From positions 526,387-590,386 of the forward strand of contig NW_019217804.1 of assembly GCF_002571385.2 (NCBI RefSeq): DNA of 64,000 nt, read 5' to 3'. Positions 63,144 through 64,000 of the stretch are shown here, in pieces. The DNA is from Stylophora pistillata. Taxonomy: Eukaryota. Each line of letters starts with the position of its first letter. The stretch's first letter is position 1. Below the pieces are notes generated by a model. The model was given only the letters and a program-made list of their open reading frames with translations, did not search any database and was not told the origin of the DNA. A program made the position numbers and the translations under genes.

Positions 63144-64000
63144 CTATTGATTTTTATAAGGAAAGTGATTCATTGAACAGCTGATTAGAATAATTGAAGG
63201 TACCATTACTATAACTATTGGAGATTGAAAAAAATTTTGCTGAGACCATAGATTGCATTTTAGACCCGAAGGTATTTTTTACGTCAAAGCTTGGTCAGAT
63301 ATTTTACCACCAGTTCAATTCGTGATGAGCTTTCAAATAGAAATAGACACGCATAGCTAATTGGAAGTAGGAAGCATGCTCGAGATTTTTTGGCACTCTC
63401 AGCGAGGAAATCACGCGAAATCTCACCATAATGACATGGAGGCATGACACGGGAGTCTTACCCGATAGAAAAGTGTGATTCACTTTAGTGGGGACACATG
63501 AAAGTTTCAAACTTGGAAAGATCGTCTTGTATCAATGTGTCAGTAATCGTTTTTCTCTATATTTTTTTCGTAGAAGATTGTTTCTGTTTCAATTTCTTCT
63601 CATTTCGATAGGGGATGTATAAACTCTGATCGAAAGGTTACTTTTCATCGTTTTAGTACTATTTTATAGTATTTACTCCTGGGAATTATGTTATTTACTT
63701 GTCATGCATCATACAATTCGAACCTTCTCGAGCCTGCACTCTCTTTTATCAAAGTATAGAATGCAGCATCTTGAATTTTTTACAGCAAATGAGTTATGAA
63801 TTTTTAGCGAAAGGTGCAACAATTTGTTTCAAATCTGAAAGTATTCTCACCTTTTGTTATATCACGGTCTTATCCAGTGCGATGAACAGTTTCTGAATAA
63901 TATTTGCTGACTGGTTATTTTACTGGGATGTACTAAATGAACTCAATGAGACTATTTTCATCATTAGTTGGTTAGATGTATGATTTCCATTCAAACTAGG

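Noticed and set aside
63304-63510. Candidate first (signal-peptide) exon of the mucin-EGF-CAP gene
   Set aside because: No frame gave a convincing ATG, signal peptide and phase-1 donor together; left unresolved.

Overview
AT-rich, intron-containing eukaryotic DNA. The repeat families suggest a cnidarian, probably a stony coral (inference). About 1-52 kb is a head-to-tail, minus-strand tandem array of an unannotated family of secreted proteins of about 210-230 aa, which the ORF track shows only as fragments. I reconstructed seven complete genes (A, B, D, E, F, G, H), one gapped copy (C), one orphan last exon beside an assembly gap, one pseudogene relic and one unit whose gene was deleted. Every complete gene has a signal peptide and five coding exons joined by four phase-0 introns, with near-invariant exon sizes (about 150/99/174/108/99+ nt). 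Each also has a conserved Cys pair and a C-terminal amphipathic helix (RNYVILYTLKDVL) resembling helix D of IL-6-family cytokines. The best hypothesis is a lineage-expanded cluster of four-helix-bundle cytokine-like ligands, with a shared TATA/ETS/bZIP promoter module and conserved 3'UTR hairpins. The right end holds the 3' part of a gene encoding a Thr-rich mucin stalk, an EGF domain and a CAP/SCP (GAPR-1/PR-1-like) domain. Mobile DNA includes three hammerhead-bearing Penelope-like insertions with 13-bp target-site duplications, a tRNA-derived SINE, MITEs and several minisatellites. All family assignments are by eye; no database search was run.
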